A stretch of 64,000 nt of DNA from Escherichia phage REP1, in the sequence record OQ174500.1. One strand, given 5' to 3'. The number at the start of each line of letters is the position of its first letter. The first letter of the stretch is position 1. The notes under the pieces were generated by a model. The model ran no database searches, had not been told where the DNA came from, and was given only the letters and a program-made list of their open reading frames with translations. This document shows positions 11,095 to 22,290 of the stretch, one piece after another. The translations under genes were made by a program, and so were the position numbers.

Positions 11095-12273
11095 ATGAGC
11101 ACAGTTTTTAACACAAATCCAGTTGATGTTTTAAAAGAACCCATGTTTTTTGGTTCAGGTCTTGGTATTGCGCGTTATGATATTCAACGCCATAAAGTTT
11201 TTGAAGATTTAACCGAAAAGCAATTATCATTTTTCTGGCGTCCCGAAGAAGTAAACTTAATGATGGATGCTGCACAGTTTAATAAGCTTCCTCAGTATCA
11301 GCAGAATATTTTTACTAATAATCTGAAGTATCAATCACTTTTGGATAGCATTCAGGGTCGTGCACCATCTGCTGTACTTATGTCATTAATTTCAGACCCA
11401 AGTCTTGATACATGGGTTGCTACATGGACTTTTAGTGAAACTATTCACAGTCGTTCATATACTCATATCATGCGAAATCTTTATACTGATCCGTCAAAGG
11501 TATTTGATGAGATTGTATTAGATGAAGCTATTATGAAACGTGCTGAATCCATTGGACGTTATTATGATGACGTTCTGATTAAAACTCGTTATTGGGAAAA
11601 CGCTAAAGCTGATATCGAATACCAAAAAGAAATTAATGCAGACGAAGACGTTATTGAAGATGCTATTGAGCATGAGACATATTGGAAGCGTGAGCTAATG
11701 AAGTCGCTTTATCTGTGTCTGCATGTTATTAATGCCCTTGAAGCTATTCGTTTTTATGTATCTTTCGCATGTACCTTTAACTTCCATAAGAACATGGAAA
11801 TCATGGAAGGTAATGCCAAGATTATGAAGTTCATTGCACGTGATGAACAACTTCACCTTAAAGGCACTCAATATATTATTCGTCAACTTCAGCTTGGCAC
11901 TGATGGTGATGAATGGGTTAAAATTGCTCAAGAGTGTGAACAAGAAGCAGTTGATATTTTCATGGAAGTTAACCGCCAAGAAAAAGATTGGGCAGTTCAT
12001 TTATTTAAAGATGGAGACGTTCCCGGATTAAATACAAATAGCATGTGGAGCTTTATTGATTACTTAACTGTATCTCGTATGAAACAGTGTGGTCTTCCAT
12101 GCCCAATTACCGATGCTCCGGTTAAACATCCATATCCTTGGATTCGTGAATATCTTAATTCTGATAATGTTCAATCCGCGCCACAAGAAGTAGAACTGTC
12201 ATCTTACCTTGTTGCACAGATTGATAATGATGTTGATGATAAAGTTATGATGAGTTTTAAAAAATACTTTTAA
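11095..12273 (+). CDS. nrdB: Aerobic ribonucleotide reductase small subunit, uninterrupted (no intron)
   Basis: 392 aa continuous ORF with di-iron ligand motifs (E..H); only 51 bp after nrdA, so no mobE-like ORF between them. Confidence 0.93.
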   Translation: MSTVFNTNPVDVLKEPMFFGSGLGIARYDIQRHKVFEDLTEKQLSFFWRPEEVNLMMDAAQFNKLPQYQQNIFTNNLKYQSLLDSIQGRAPSAVLMSLISDPSLDTWVATWTFSETIHSRSYTHIMRNLYTDPSKVFDEIVLDEAIMKRAESIGRYYDDVLIKTRYWENAKADIEYQKEINADEDVIEDAIEHETYWKRELMKSLYLCLHVINALEAIRFYVSFACTFNFHKNMEIMEGNAKIMKFIARDEQLHLKGTQYIIRQLQLGTDGDEWVKIAQECEQEAVDIFMEVNRQEKDWAVHLFKDGDVPGLNTNSMWSFIDYLTVSRMKQCGLPCPITDAPVKHPYPWIREYLNSDNVQSAPQEVELSSYLVAQIDNDVDDKVMMSFKKYF

Positions 12274-12278
12274 GGAGT

Positions 12279-12300
12279 GGGCCGCAAGGCCCATTTTATT
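12279..12300 (+). terminator. Hairpin plus T-tract after nrdB
   Basis: gggccgcaaggccc followed by attttatt. Confidence 0.6.
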
Positions 12301-13888
<1,588 letters not shown>

Positions 13889-13891
13889 GCT

Positions 13892-13945
13892 GTTTACAAG
13901 TCCCTCGTGTTGTGTTATAGTAGTCTTACTGACATAACATGAGGA
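13892..13945 (+). promoter_or_regulatory. Early promoter/RBS cassette, copy 1 of a 54-bp repeat (upstream of alc)
   Basis: gtttacaagtccctcgtgttgtgttatagtagtcttactgacataacatgagga; 53/54 identical to 29719-29772. Confidence 0.6.
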
Positions 13946-13952
13946 CTTTATG

Positions 13953-14456
13953 ATGGATTTGCAGCTTATTACTACTGAAATGGTCGTTGAAGCATACGGT
14001 GATACTACAGATGGGATTTCTGTATTTAAAGGAAATCGTCGAGTTGGATATATCACCGATCTTAAGAAAGATTTAGCTAAGCAAGTCAAGCGGAAAACGA
14101 CCATTAAAGAATATCGAAATCGTCGTCTTGAGCAAGCCCGTGATATGCTTCCTGATGCGGTTGAGGAGATGAAAGTCTTTTTAGAAAATCAGCTTGCGAA
14201 ATATGATTGTGATGTGTTCATTAATCAGACTCAACCTAATGTTCATATTAACAACTGTAAATGCTATATCATCGTTAATCCTTTAACGGGAAAACATCGT
14301 CTTGGAATTAGTAATCCAAATCGTAGCGCATCGGATATGGCAGAAGATGTTGAGGCATGCTTTAAAATTTCTAAATCTCCGGCTGAACATCATATTTTAA
14401 TTAACGGTCTTTCTCAAGACGATATTATAGAGGTTATTAAAACTTTATGCAATTAA
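13953..14456 (+). CDS. alc: Alc, inhibitor of host transcription on cytosine-containing DNA
   Basis: 167 aa MDLQLITTEMVVEAYGDTTDGISVFKGNRRVGYITDLKKD... matches T4 Alc. Confidence 0.9.
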   Translation: MDLQLITTEMVVEAYGDTTDGISVFKGNRRVGYITDLKKDLAKQVKRKTTIKEYRNRRLEQARDMLPDAVEEMKVFLENQLAKYDCDVFINQTQPNVHINNCKCYIIVNPLTGKHRLGISNPNRSASDMAEDVEACFKISKSPAEHHILINGLSQDDIIEVIKTLCN

Positions 14457-14800
14457 GTAATACGACAGCAGGCTTGCTATTAATTGTAATTGCATTGGGC
14501 GGAACTTCTTTAATTTTAAAAAATAAAATTGAAAGATTAGAAACGTCTGTTGTAGAAATTACAAAAACGGCCAATGAAAACGCTTTAGCATTAAATAATT
14601 TGCGAATTCAGTATAATTATATTGATGCGATGAATAATAAAAATCGTGAGGCAATTGCTGCTATTGAGCGTGAAAATGAAAAACTGCGCAAAGACGCAAA
14701 GAAGGCGGATGTGGTGGCTCGTAAGCCAGGATTGGTTGAAAAACAAATTAACAACTCCTTCAACAAGTTCGCAGAAGACATCCAGGACCTTTCTAAATGA
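14447..14800 (+). CDS. pseT.3: Inner-membrane spanin component (i-spanin, Rz-like)
   Basis: 117 aa; N-terminal TM helix (AGLLLIVIALGGTSLIL) then charged coiled-coil region; T4 PseT.3 is the known i-spanin. Confidence 0.7.
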   Translation: MQLSNTTAGLLLIVIALGGTSLILKNKIERLETSVVEITKTANENALALNNLRIQYNYIDAMNNKNREAIAAIERENEKLRKDAKKADVVARKPGLVEKQINNSFNKFAEDIQDLSK

Positions 14801-15096
14801 TTAAACTATCAGCAGTAATATTATCTATTGGTCTTCTAGTTGGTTGTTCGACAAAGCCTCTAGAAGTAAAGAAAGAAACAGTTCATCCTAATTGGCCTGT
14901 GCAAATAAAGTCATATGACGAAGCTAAACTATCTTGGCAAGTTAAAGTTATTGATGGTAAAGCTTGGGTCGGTATGCCATTTGAAGATTCTCAGGAATTT
15001 CGTATTTGGCTTAATGATGTAAAACGATATGTACATGATCAGAAAACTATGATATGTTATTATCGTCAAGAGTTAAAAGAGGATAAATGCAAATGA
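14797..15096 (+). CDS. pseT.2: Outer-membrane lipoprotein spanin component (o-spanin, Rz1-like)
   Basis: 99 aa; signal peptide with lipobox LVGC (MIKLSAVILSIGLLVGCSTK); ATGA overlap with the i-spanin. Confidence 0.7.
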   Translation: MIKLSAVILSIGLLVGCSTKPLEVKKETVHPNWPVQIKSYDEAKLSWQVKVIDGKAWVGMPFEDSQEFRIWLNDVKRYVHDQKTMICYYRQELKEDKCK

Positions 15097-15319
15097 TTTC
15101 ATGGCATCAATTTGAACATCTCAAAGGATTGATTTATGAATCCGAGATGGCTGCAATGATTTACGGACGCCAGATTCAGCGGTTAGAATCTTTACCTCCA
15201 ACTAATGATGTTTTATTAGCTCAATCACGTGCTAATCTCAAAAATGAATATCAAAATAAGTGGGGTAAAGCATCTAAAGACCTACATGATTATATTCAAT
15301 CATTGGTTGAGAAAAATAA

Positions 15320-15323
<4 letters not shown>
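15087..15323 (+). CDS. Hypothetical early protein, 78 aa
   Basis: ORF in operon context, overlapping starts/stops. Confidence 0.5.
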
Positions 15324-16526
<1,203 letters not shown>

Positions 16527-16527
<1 letters not shown>

Positions 16528-16724
16528 TGGCGTGGCATCATGAAACTTGGGCTATTATTATTGTAAATAGTGGTTTAGTCGGTACTAGTAATGGGCAATT
16601 TTGTGTATTCACTAGTGAAATCAGAGCTTGGGAGGAATGCCTTAAATTAAGAGAAAAGAATCCTGATGTTGAACTAACAGTAAAGAAAACTAAACTGCCT
16701 TTACCATGGAAAACTTATGAATAA
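16527..16724 (+). CDS. Hypothetical small protein, 65 aa
   Basis: ORF immediately after pseT. Confidence 0.45.
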
Positions 16725-16917
16725 CATAGAAAAGATTTATCGTCTTTGTGATAAAATTAAAAAAGAAAAGAAATATCTATTTTGTTTATGGCCTATTGTT
16801 GATGGAAGAGTAGGTTTAGATGTTCTTGATTATGAAACAGAAGACAAAGTAGATGGTTCAACTTTTGATAATGCGTTGGATGTTATTGATTGGCTCGAAG
16901 AAAATTATGTGAGGTAA
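16717..16917 (+). CDS. Hypothetical small protein, 66 aa
   Basis: ORF; overlaps neighbour by 8 nt. Confidence 0.45.
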   Translation: MNNIEKIYRLCDKIKKEKKYLFCLWPIVDGRVGLDVLDYETEDKVDGSTFDNALDVIDWLEENYVR

Positions 16918-16919
16918 AT

Positions 16920-17195
16920 ATGTTTCCGACTTATTCTAAAATCGTAGAAGTAGTGTTTAGTCAAATTATCGCTAATAATATGTTTGAAAAGCTTGATAAC
17001 GCAGCCGAGCTTCGAATCCATGCTCAAGTGACTCATGTATTGAACACTTTGCTTCCAGACCAGGTGGATTCTGTTGCCATTACACTGTATCCAGGTTCCG
17101 CGCATATCATTGTTGTGTTCGGTCTTGATGCTGAGCTAGTCATCAAAGGCGATATTCGTTTTGAATCGCAGACAGCAGAATTCAAAGCAATTTAA
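16920..17195 (+). CDS. Hypothetical protein, 91 aa
   Basis: ATG at 16920 after GAGG SD; track ORF starts at an upstream TTG. Confidence 0.5.
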   Translation: MFPTYSKIVEVVFSQIIANNMFEKLDNAAELRIHAQVTHVLNTLLPDQVDSVAITLYPGSAHIIVVFGLDAELVIKGDIRFESQTAEFKAI

Positions 17196-17257
17196 TAGTT
17201 TACTTTACGGTAGAGTTGTGATATTATGGCTCTACCAAACAAATGAGGAAATTGAAA

Positions 17258-17785
17258 ATGGGCGAATGGTTTGAAGAAGATAAGGTTTATCGCTTTAAAG
17301 CTGGATATAAAGATATTTTTAATGAAACTTGTGGGGCTAATAAACGAATTGCCCAGTTTATTGATGAAAATTCATTTAAAGTAAAAATTGATCCTGCGAA
17401 GAATGTTATTAGCATTAAACGTGAAATTGATGACTGCTGGTATAAAGCTGTTGATGTAATGGGCGAATGCTATAAAGATAGCCCGTTATTTTCAATTACG
17501 TATATGTCAGAATATTATTTTTTCGAAGAAGTTCAAAAAGATGATTCTGTTAGTAAATTTGAAATTAAAACTGATAAAGAAATTAAGTGGAAAGTAGTAG
17601 GTATTACTGGTTGTATGTTCTATATCTATGCTCAAACTGATACGAAGGAAGAAGCTAAAAAGAAAGCTCTAGAATATCTTGAAGAGTATGAAGAAGGTCC
17701 GGTAATGATTACCCAAGATGCTGAATTAGTTTCTGTCAAATTAGTTAAAAACGTTGAAAGTAAGGAGCTAGGATCAACATGCTAA
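17258..17785 (+). CDS. Hypothetical protein, 175 aa
   Basis: ATG 17258 after GAGGA SD; early promoter gtttac...tattat at 17198-17227. Confidence 0.55.
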   Translation: MGEWFEEDKVYRFKAGYKDIFNETCGANKRIAQFIDENSFKVKIDPAKNVISIKREIDDCWYKAVDVMGECYKDSPLFSITYMSEYYFFEEVQKDDSVSKFEIKTDKEIKWKVVGITGCMFYIYAQTDTKEEAKKKALEYLEEYEEGPVMITQDAELVSVKLVKNVESKELGSTC

Positions 17786-18015
17786 GTGAAAAACCAATTA
17801 CTGTTAAAGAATTCCAAGAAAAAGTTAAACTATTTGCACAGGAATTAGTAAATAAGGTTTCTGAACGATTTCCTGAAACATCGGTTCGTGTTATTACCGA
17901 AACTCCTCGTTCAGTATTAGTAATTGTGAATCCAGGTGATGGCGATCAAATATCGCATCTTAAATTAGATTTTGATGGATTAGTTGAAGCACAAAGGGTG
18001 TATGGCGTACTATGA
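17779..18015 (+). CDS. Hypothetical protein, 78 aa
   Basis: ORF in operon. Confidence 0.5.
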   Translation: MLSEKPITVKEFQEKVKLFAQELVNKVSERFPETSVRVITETPRSVLVIVNPGDGDQISHLKLDFDGLVEAQRVYGVL

Positions 18016-18350
18016 TGAATTTAACTGATATAATTGATAATTGTCTTGAAAATGATACTGGCGATCATAGAGCGCTTGATTCTGAAACAGCACAGTTCAT
18101 TAGAATAACTTTAATGAATGATACTCTGGTGAATAGTATTCATCCTTCTGTGTATGATGCTATTATTGTGACGAAGTATCCAGTTGAGCTTCACAAAAAG
18201 ATGGTTGGCGCAATTTTTATTGATAAGAAAAACCGCTTTAAAGATGGGCAGAATATAATTAGTTCTGTTATTAAAAGTATAACTAAACTTCGTCACGAAA
18301 TTTATCGTGTTGAAACTGCTAAATCTGCTTATCTGGTGATTATGAAATGA
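18012..18350 (+). CDS. Hypothetical protein, 112 aa
   Basis: ORF with ATGA overlaps. Confidence 0.5.
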   Translation: MMNLTDIIDNCLENDTGDHRALDSETAQFIRITLMNDTLVNSIHPSVYDAIIVTKYPVELHKKMVGAIFIDKKNRFKDGQNIISSVIKSITKLRHEIYRVETAKSAYLVIMK

Positions 18351-18928
18351 AAGCGAGTACAGTACTTCAAATTGCATATTTAGTATCACAAGAATCAAAA
18401 TGTTGCTCCTGGAAGGTAGGAGCAGTAATTGAAAAGAATGGACGTATTATTTCTACTGGGTATAATGGTTCACCCGCAGGAGGTGTGAACTGTTGTGATT
18501 ATGCTGCTGAGCAAGGTTGGTTGTTGAATAAGCCTAAACATACTATCATTCAAGGCCATAAGCCTGAATGCATATCATTTGGTTCAACTGATCGCTTTGT
18601 CTTGGCGAAAGAACACCGTAGCGCTCACTCTGAATGGTCGTCTAAAAATGAAATTCATGCTGAACTAAATGCAATTTTGTTTGCTGCACGAAATGGTTCT
18701 TCTATTGAAGGTGCTACTATGTATGTAACACTTTCTCCTTGTCCAGATTGTGCAAAAGCGATAGCTCAATCTGGTATTAAAAAGCTGGTTTATTGCGAAA
18801 CATACGATAAAAATAAACCTGGCTGGGATGATATTCTGCGAAATGCAGGTATTGAAGTGTTTAATGTTCCTAAGAAAAACTTGAATAAGTTAAACTGGGA
18901 AAATATCAACGAATTCTGTGGTGAATAA
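18347..18928 (+). CDS. cd: dCMP deaminase
   Basis: 193 aa; zinc-binding deaminase motifs HAELNAI and PCPDC; matches T4 Cd. Confidence 0.95.
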   Translation: MKASTVLQIAYLVSQESKCCSWKVGAVIEKNGRIISTGYNGSPAGGVNCCDYAAEQGWLLNKPKHTIIQGHKPECISFGSTDRFVLAKEHRSAHSEWSSKNEIHAELNAILFAARNGSSIEGATMYVTLSPCPDCAKAIAQSGIKKLVYCETYDKNKPGWDDILRNAGIEVFNVPKKNLNKLNWENINEFCGE

Positions 18929-19164
18929 TGAAATTTCGTTTGGTACAACTCACAGCAATTAGTTCTTATTCTAACGAGAACATTGCATTTGCTGTAGAGT
19001 ATAAGAAGTATTTTTTCTCTAAATGGAAGCAGTATTATAAGTCAAACTGGGTTTGTAATGATAAACCATATAGTTGGAAATCTGATTTAGAAAAATGCCA
19101 AAAATTACTTTCCACTCTTAAAGAACGTGGAACAACTCATATTAAAACTGTAATAGGTAAATAA
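18928..19164 (+). CDS. 31.2: Hypothetical protein, 78 aa
   Basis: ORF between cd and gene 31. Confidence 0.5.
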   Translation: MKFRLVQLTAISSYSNENIAFAVEYKKYFFSKWKQYYKSNWVCNDKPYSWKSDLEKCQKLLSTLKERGTTHIKTVIGK

Positions 19165-19473
19165 ATGAAACTGACAACTGAGCAGAAAGTAGCAATTCGC
19201 GAAATTTTGAAAACTAAATTGTCCATGGGTGTTTCAAACGTAGTTTTTGAAAAGTCTGATGGTACTATTCGTACTATGAAAGGTACTCGTGATGCAGACT
19301 TTATGCCAACCATGCAAACTGGTAAATTGACTGAATCTACTCGGAAAGAATCTACTGACATGATTCCAGTATTTGATATTGAACTTGGCGCTTGGCGAGG
19401 TTTTTCTATTGACAAATTGATTTCTGTTAATGGTATGAAAGTTGAGCATTTACTCCAATTTATTGGTAAATAA
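19165..19473 (+). CDS. 31.1: Hypothetical protein, 102 aa
   Basis: ORF between cd and gene 31. Confidence 0.5.
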   Translation: MKLTTEQKVAIREILKTKLSMGVSNVVFEKSDGTIRTMKGTRDADFMPTMQTGKLTESTRKESTDMIPVFDIELGAWRGFSIDKLISVNGMKVEHLLQFIGK

Positions 19474-19474
19474 A

Positions 19475-19499
19475 TGCTTTAAGAATTATTTGTTATTAT
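19475..19499 (+). promoter_or_regulatory. Middle-mode promoter (MotA box TGCTT plus -10) for gene 31
   Basis: aaaTGCTTtaa 14 nt upstream of tattat. Confidence 0.45.
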
Positions 19500-19530
19500 T
19501 AATTCATCTGTTAACAAAAAAGGAAAAACG

Positions 19531-19866
19531 ATGTCTGAAGTACAACAGCTACCAATTCGTGCTGTCGGTGAATATGTTATTTTAGTTTCTGAACCTGCAC
19601 AAGCCGGTGATGAAGAAGTTACAGAATCAGGACTTATTATCGGTAAACGTGTTCAAGGTGAAGTTCCTGAACTGTGTGTAGTTCACTCTGTTGGTCCTGA
19701 TGTTCCTGAAGGTTTCTGCGAAGTTGGTGATTTGACTTCTCTTCCAGTTGGTCAAATTCGAAATGTTCCGCATCCTTTTGTAGCTCTGGGTCTTAAGCAG
19801 CCAAAAGAAATTAAACAAAAATTCGTTACTTGTCACTATAAAGCTATTCCGTGTCTTTATAAGTGA
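19531..19866 (+). CDS. 31: Co-chaperonin gp31 (GroES analogue for capsid folding)
   Basis: 111 aa [40 protein letters not shown]... matches T4 gp31. Confidence 0.93.
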
Positions 19867-20014
19867 TATAAATAATAATATGAATTGGGTGTCGGAATAA
19901 TAAGTTAACCGAACAATTCTATGTGGTAGTCTACAACTGAGAGATCTGTCGAAAGAAGATGAAATTCAGAAGAACGTGACTACCGAGTTTTTAATCTCTA
20001 ACGAGAATTTTTAA

Positions 20015-20263
20015 ATGATTAAACAATTACAACACGCTCTTGAACTGCAACGAAACGCATGGAATAATGGTCACGAAAACTATGGCGCATCTATTGATGT
20101 TGAAGCCGAAGCTCTTGAAATCCTGCGTTATTTCAAACATCTGAATCCTGCTCAAACTGCATTAGCTGCTGAGCTTCAGGAAAAAGATGAACTTAAGTAT
20201 GCTAAGCCTCTGGCTTCTGCTGCACGAAAAGCAGTTCGTCACTTTGTGGTAACATTGAAGTAA
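20015..20263 (+). CDS. rIII: rIII lysis-inhibition accessory protein
   Basis: 82 aa MIKQLQHALELQRNAWNNGHENYGASIDVEAEALEILRYF... matches T4 RIII. Confidence 0.9.
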   Translation: MIKQLQHALELQRNAWNNGHENYGASIDVEAEALEILRYFKHLNPAQTALAAELQEKDELKYAKPLASAARKAVRHFVVTLK

Positions 20264-20507
20264 TTTATTGGAGATTCACTGCCTTAGTGTGAGCTAAATC
20301 GAGGAGCCGTCGAACTGTCTGATCAATGATTTGCGAATCATTATAGTTTTAAGACCCCGGCAGTTTTACGGTGTACCTCTTGAATGTGAATGATGACGGG
20401 TTTATGGTTATCCTGGTCGTTAAATATCCAAAAACCTATGTTCCCCTTGAGGGCTTGCGCAGGCAATGCCAATAAGTCCTGCATTTTCATTTAAAAGAGA
20501 ATTTATA

Positions 20508-20684
20508 ATGGCAAAACAAGTTAAAGCAAAGAAAGCAGTTGAAAAGAAAGTTGGTGATTCTAAACGCGCTGGCTACAAGCGTGGGTCGAACTCTCGTATC
20601 AATCAAACTGTTGAGAAGATCATGCGCCGAGCACGTGCGGTTCTTCGAGATGATGCTTCTCGTTTTGGTAAGCAGAAAGCATAA
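20508..20684 (+). CDS. 30.9: Hypothetical basic protein, 58 aa
   Basis: MAKQVKAKKAVEKKVGDSKRAGYKRG... Lys/Arg-rich; followed by strong terminator. Confidence 0.5.
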   Translation: MAKQVKAKKAVEKKVGDSKRAGYKRGSNSRINQTVEKIMRRARAVLRDDASRFGKQKA

Positions 20685-20689
20685 GTTGA

Positions 20690-20718
20690 GGACTCCTTCG
20701 GGAGTCCTTTTTTATTTT
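20690..20718 (+). terminator. Rho-independent terminator
   Basis: ggactccttcgggagtcc hairpin plus T-run. Confidence 0.8.
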
Positions 20719-20794
20719 CCAAAGATTGCATAAAGTTGTTTACAGTATAGCTCCTTTGTGATAGTATTATCTTACACAAACAAAGGAGAATAAA

Positions 20795-21127
20795 ATGAAA
20801 ACGATTAATCTGAACGCTACAGTTAAAACTAAATGCTTCAATGGTAAATATGATGAAACTATGTGGTTCTTAATGGCAGTTGAAGGTGATATTATTGAAG
20901 TAGAAACAACAGAAGGTATGGGAACAGATTTCACTTTTACAATTCAAGTTCATAATTTCTTTACTGGTTGGATTTATGAATTGAATACAGTAATCGTTGG
21001 AAAAATTGAACAAAATGAATTAGGTGAATGGTATTATGTTACAGCTCGCCAACGTGCCGAACGTTTGATTGAGAAGATGAAAAAAGTTGGTAAACTTGAC
21101 ATGAAGCACTGGAAAGTAGTAAAATAA
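20795..21127 (+). CDS. 30.8: Hypothetical protein, 110 aa
   Basis: ORF with AAGGAG SD, preceded by early promoter gtttaca (20738). Confidence 0.55.
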   Translation: MKTINLNATVKTKCFNGKYDETMWFLMAVEGDIIEVETTEGMGTDFTFTIQVHNFFTGWIYELNTVIVGKIEQNELGEWYYVTARQRAERLIEKMKKVGKLDMKHWKVVK

Positions 21128-21195
21128 TTGTTTACTTTGGTACAGGATATGATATTATATACCTGTACCGCAATTAAACATCTTGGAGAATAAAA

Positions 21196-21561
21196 ATGAA
21201 CTACATCAACTTTGAACGTAAATATGTTTCTAATGGTATTGCAGGTTCTATTGATACTATTTGCCTTTGGAAACATCAAAATGGATCAGTATGCGAAATT
21301 GAACAGTATATGACTCCTAACTACGTTTATATGCGATTTGAAAATGGCATCACGGTTTCAATCACAATGGAAGGTTCAAACTTCAAAATCGCTCTGGATG
21401 ATGATTTCCGTCAGCGTGATTTAGGAACTCATCCTTGCTGGAATGGCGTTAATCGCAAGCTTCTTGTTAAAACTTGGATTCGTCATATTCTGAGTAACAG
21501 AGCTAAACCTGAGCATCTTGAAGCAATCTTTGATGTAGTTCTTAACGAATTTGATATTTAA
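21196..21561 (+). CDS. 30.7: Hypothetical protein, 121 aa
   Basis: ORF with GGAG SD; early promoter with flanking 8-bp inverted repeat upstream. Confidence 0.55.
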   Translation: MNYINFERKYVSNGIAGSIDTICLWKHQNGSVCEIEQYMTPNYVYMRFENGITVSITMEGSNFKIALDDDFRQRDLGTHPCWNGVNRKLLVKTWIRHILSNRAKPEHLEAIFDVVLNEFDI

Positions 21562-21602
21562 AATAAAATGAGGGGCTTCGGCCCCTTACTGAGGAAAATA
21601 CT

Positions 21603-21890
21603 ATGTTTATGACTACTTATTTTGATACCCGTAAAAATTTCTGTGAAGTGGTTTTCTCAAAGGCGCCTAAAGACCTTCCTGCTCATTTGCAACCTACCAG
21701 TGAATCGATTAAAAATTACGTTGATGTGGTTTGTCCTTTAGAATTCCGTACAGTAAATGGGCGTGATACTTTAGCTATCACTAAACTCAATCGTGAAATT
21801 GACATTGACCCTTCAATTGCGAGTGAAATTAACATTTCTGATATTGGCGGTGGTAATGTCAAATCACACGGCTTTCAGATGAGGTTCTAA
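21603..21890 (+). CDS. 30.6: Hypothetical protein, 95 aa
   Basis: ORF after hairpin ggggcttcggcccc. Confidence 0.5.
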   Translation: MFMTTYFDTRKNFCEVVFSKAPKDLPAHLQPTSESIKNYVDVVCPLEFRTVNGRDTLAITKLNREIDIDPSIASEINISDIGGGNVKSHGFQMRF

Positions 21891-22087
21891 TGAAATTCTT
21901 TTTAGGCCAAACTGTTGAATTAAAGGGAGTTGGTATACCTGGATTAATTTCTAAGGTTCTACCTCCATTTAAATGGAGTGGTATTCAAATAAAAGAGGCT
22001 TATATTGTTTCCTGGGTAGATGGAAATGAAGACCTTCGCATGGGTGATGAATTATCTCCTATTTACGGATTAAAGGAATTAGTATGA
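21890..22087 (+). CDS. 30.5: Hypothetical protein, 65 aa
   Basis: ORF with overlapping stop/start. Confidence 0.45.
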   Translation: MKFFLGQTVELKGVGIPGLISKVLPPFKWSGIQIKEAYIVSWVDGNEDLRMGDELSPIYGLKELV

Positions 22088-22290
22088 ATATAATTAATAA
22101 GATTTTTGGAATTCAGTACATTAAGGTCACATATAAAGTAACAGATAAAAATCCATATACTGATGAACATGAAGAACCACGAGTTGAGTCTGTTATATTA
22201 GAAAAGGACCCTAACTGGCCAGTTGAATTTCGTCTTCCTTGCTATGGTCATTGGGCTGATGTTGAAATTATAAGTATTGAAAATGTCTGA
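22084..22290 (+). CDS. 30.4: Hypothetical protein, 68 aa
   Basis: ORF with ATGA overlap. Confidence 0.45.
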   Translation: MNIINKIFGIQYIKVTYKVTDKNPYTDEHEEPRVESVILEKDPNWPVEFRLPCYGHWADVEIISIENV

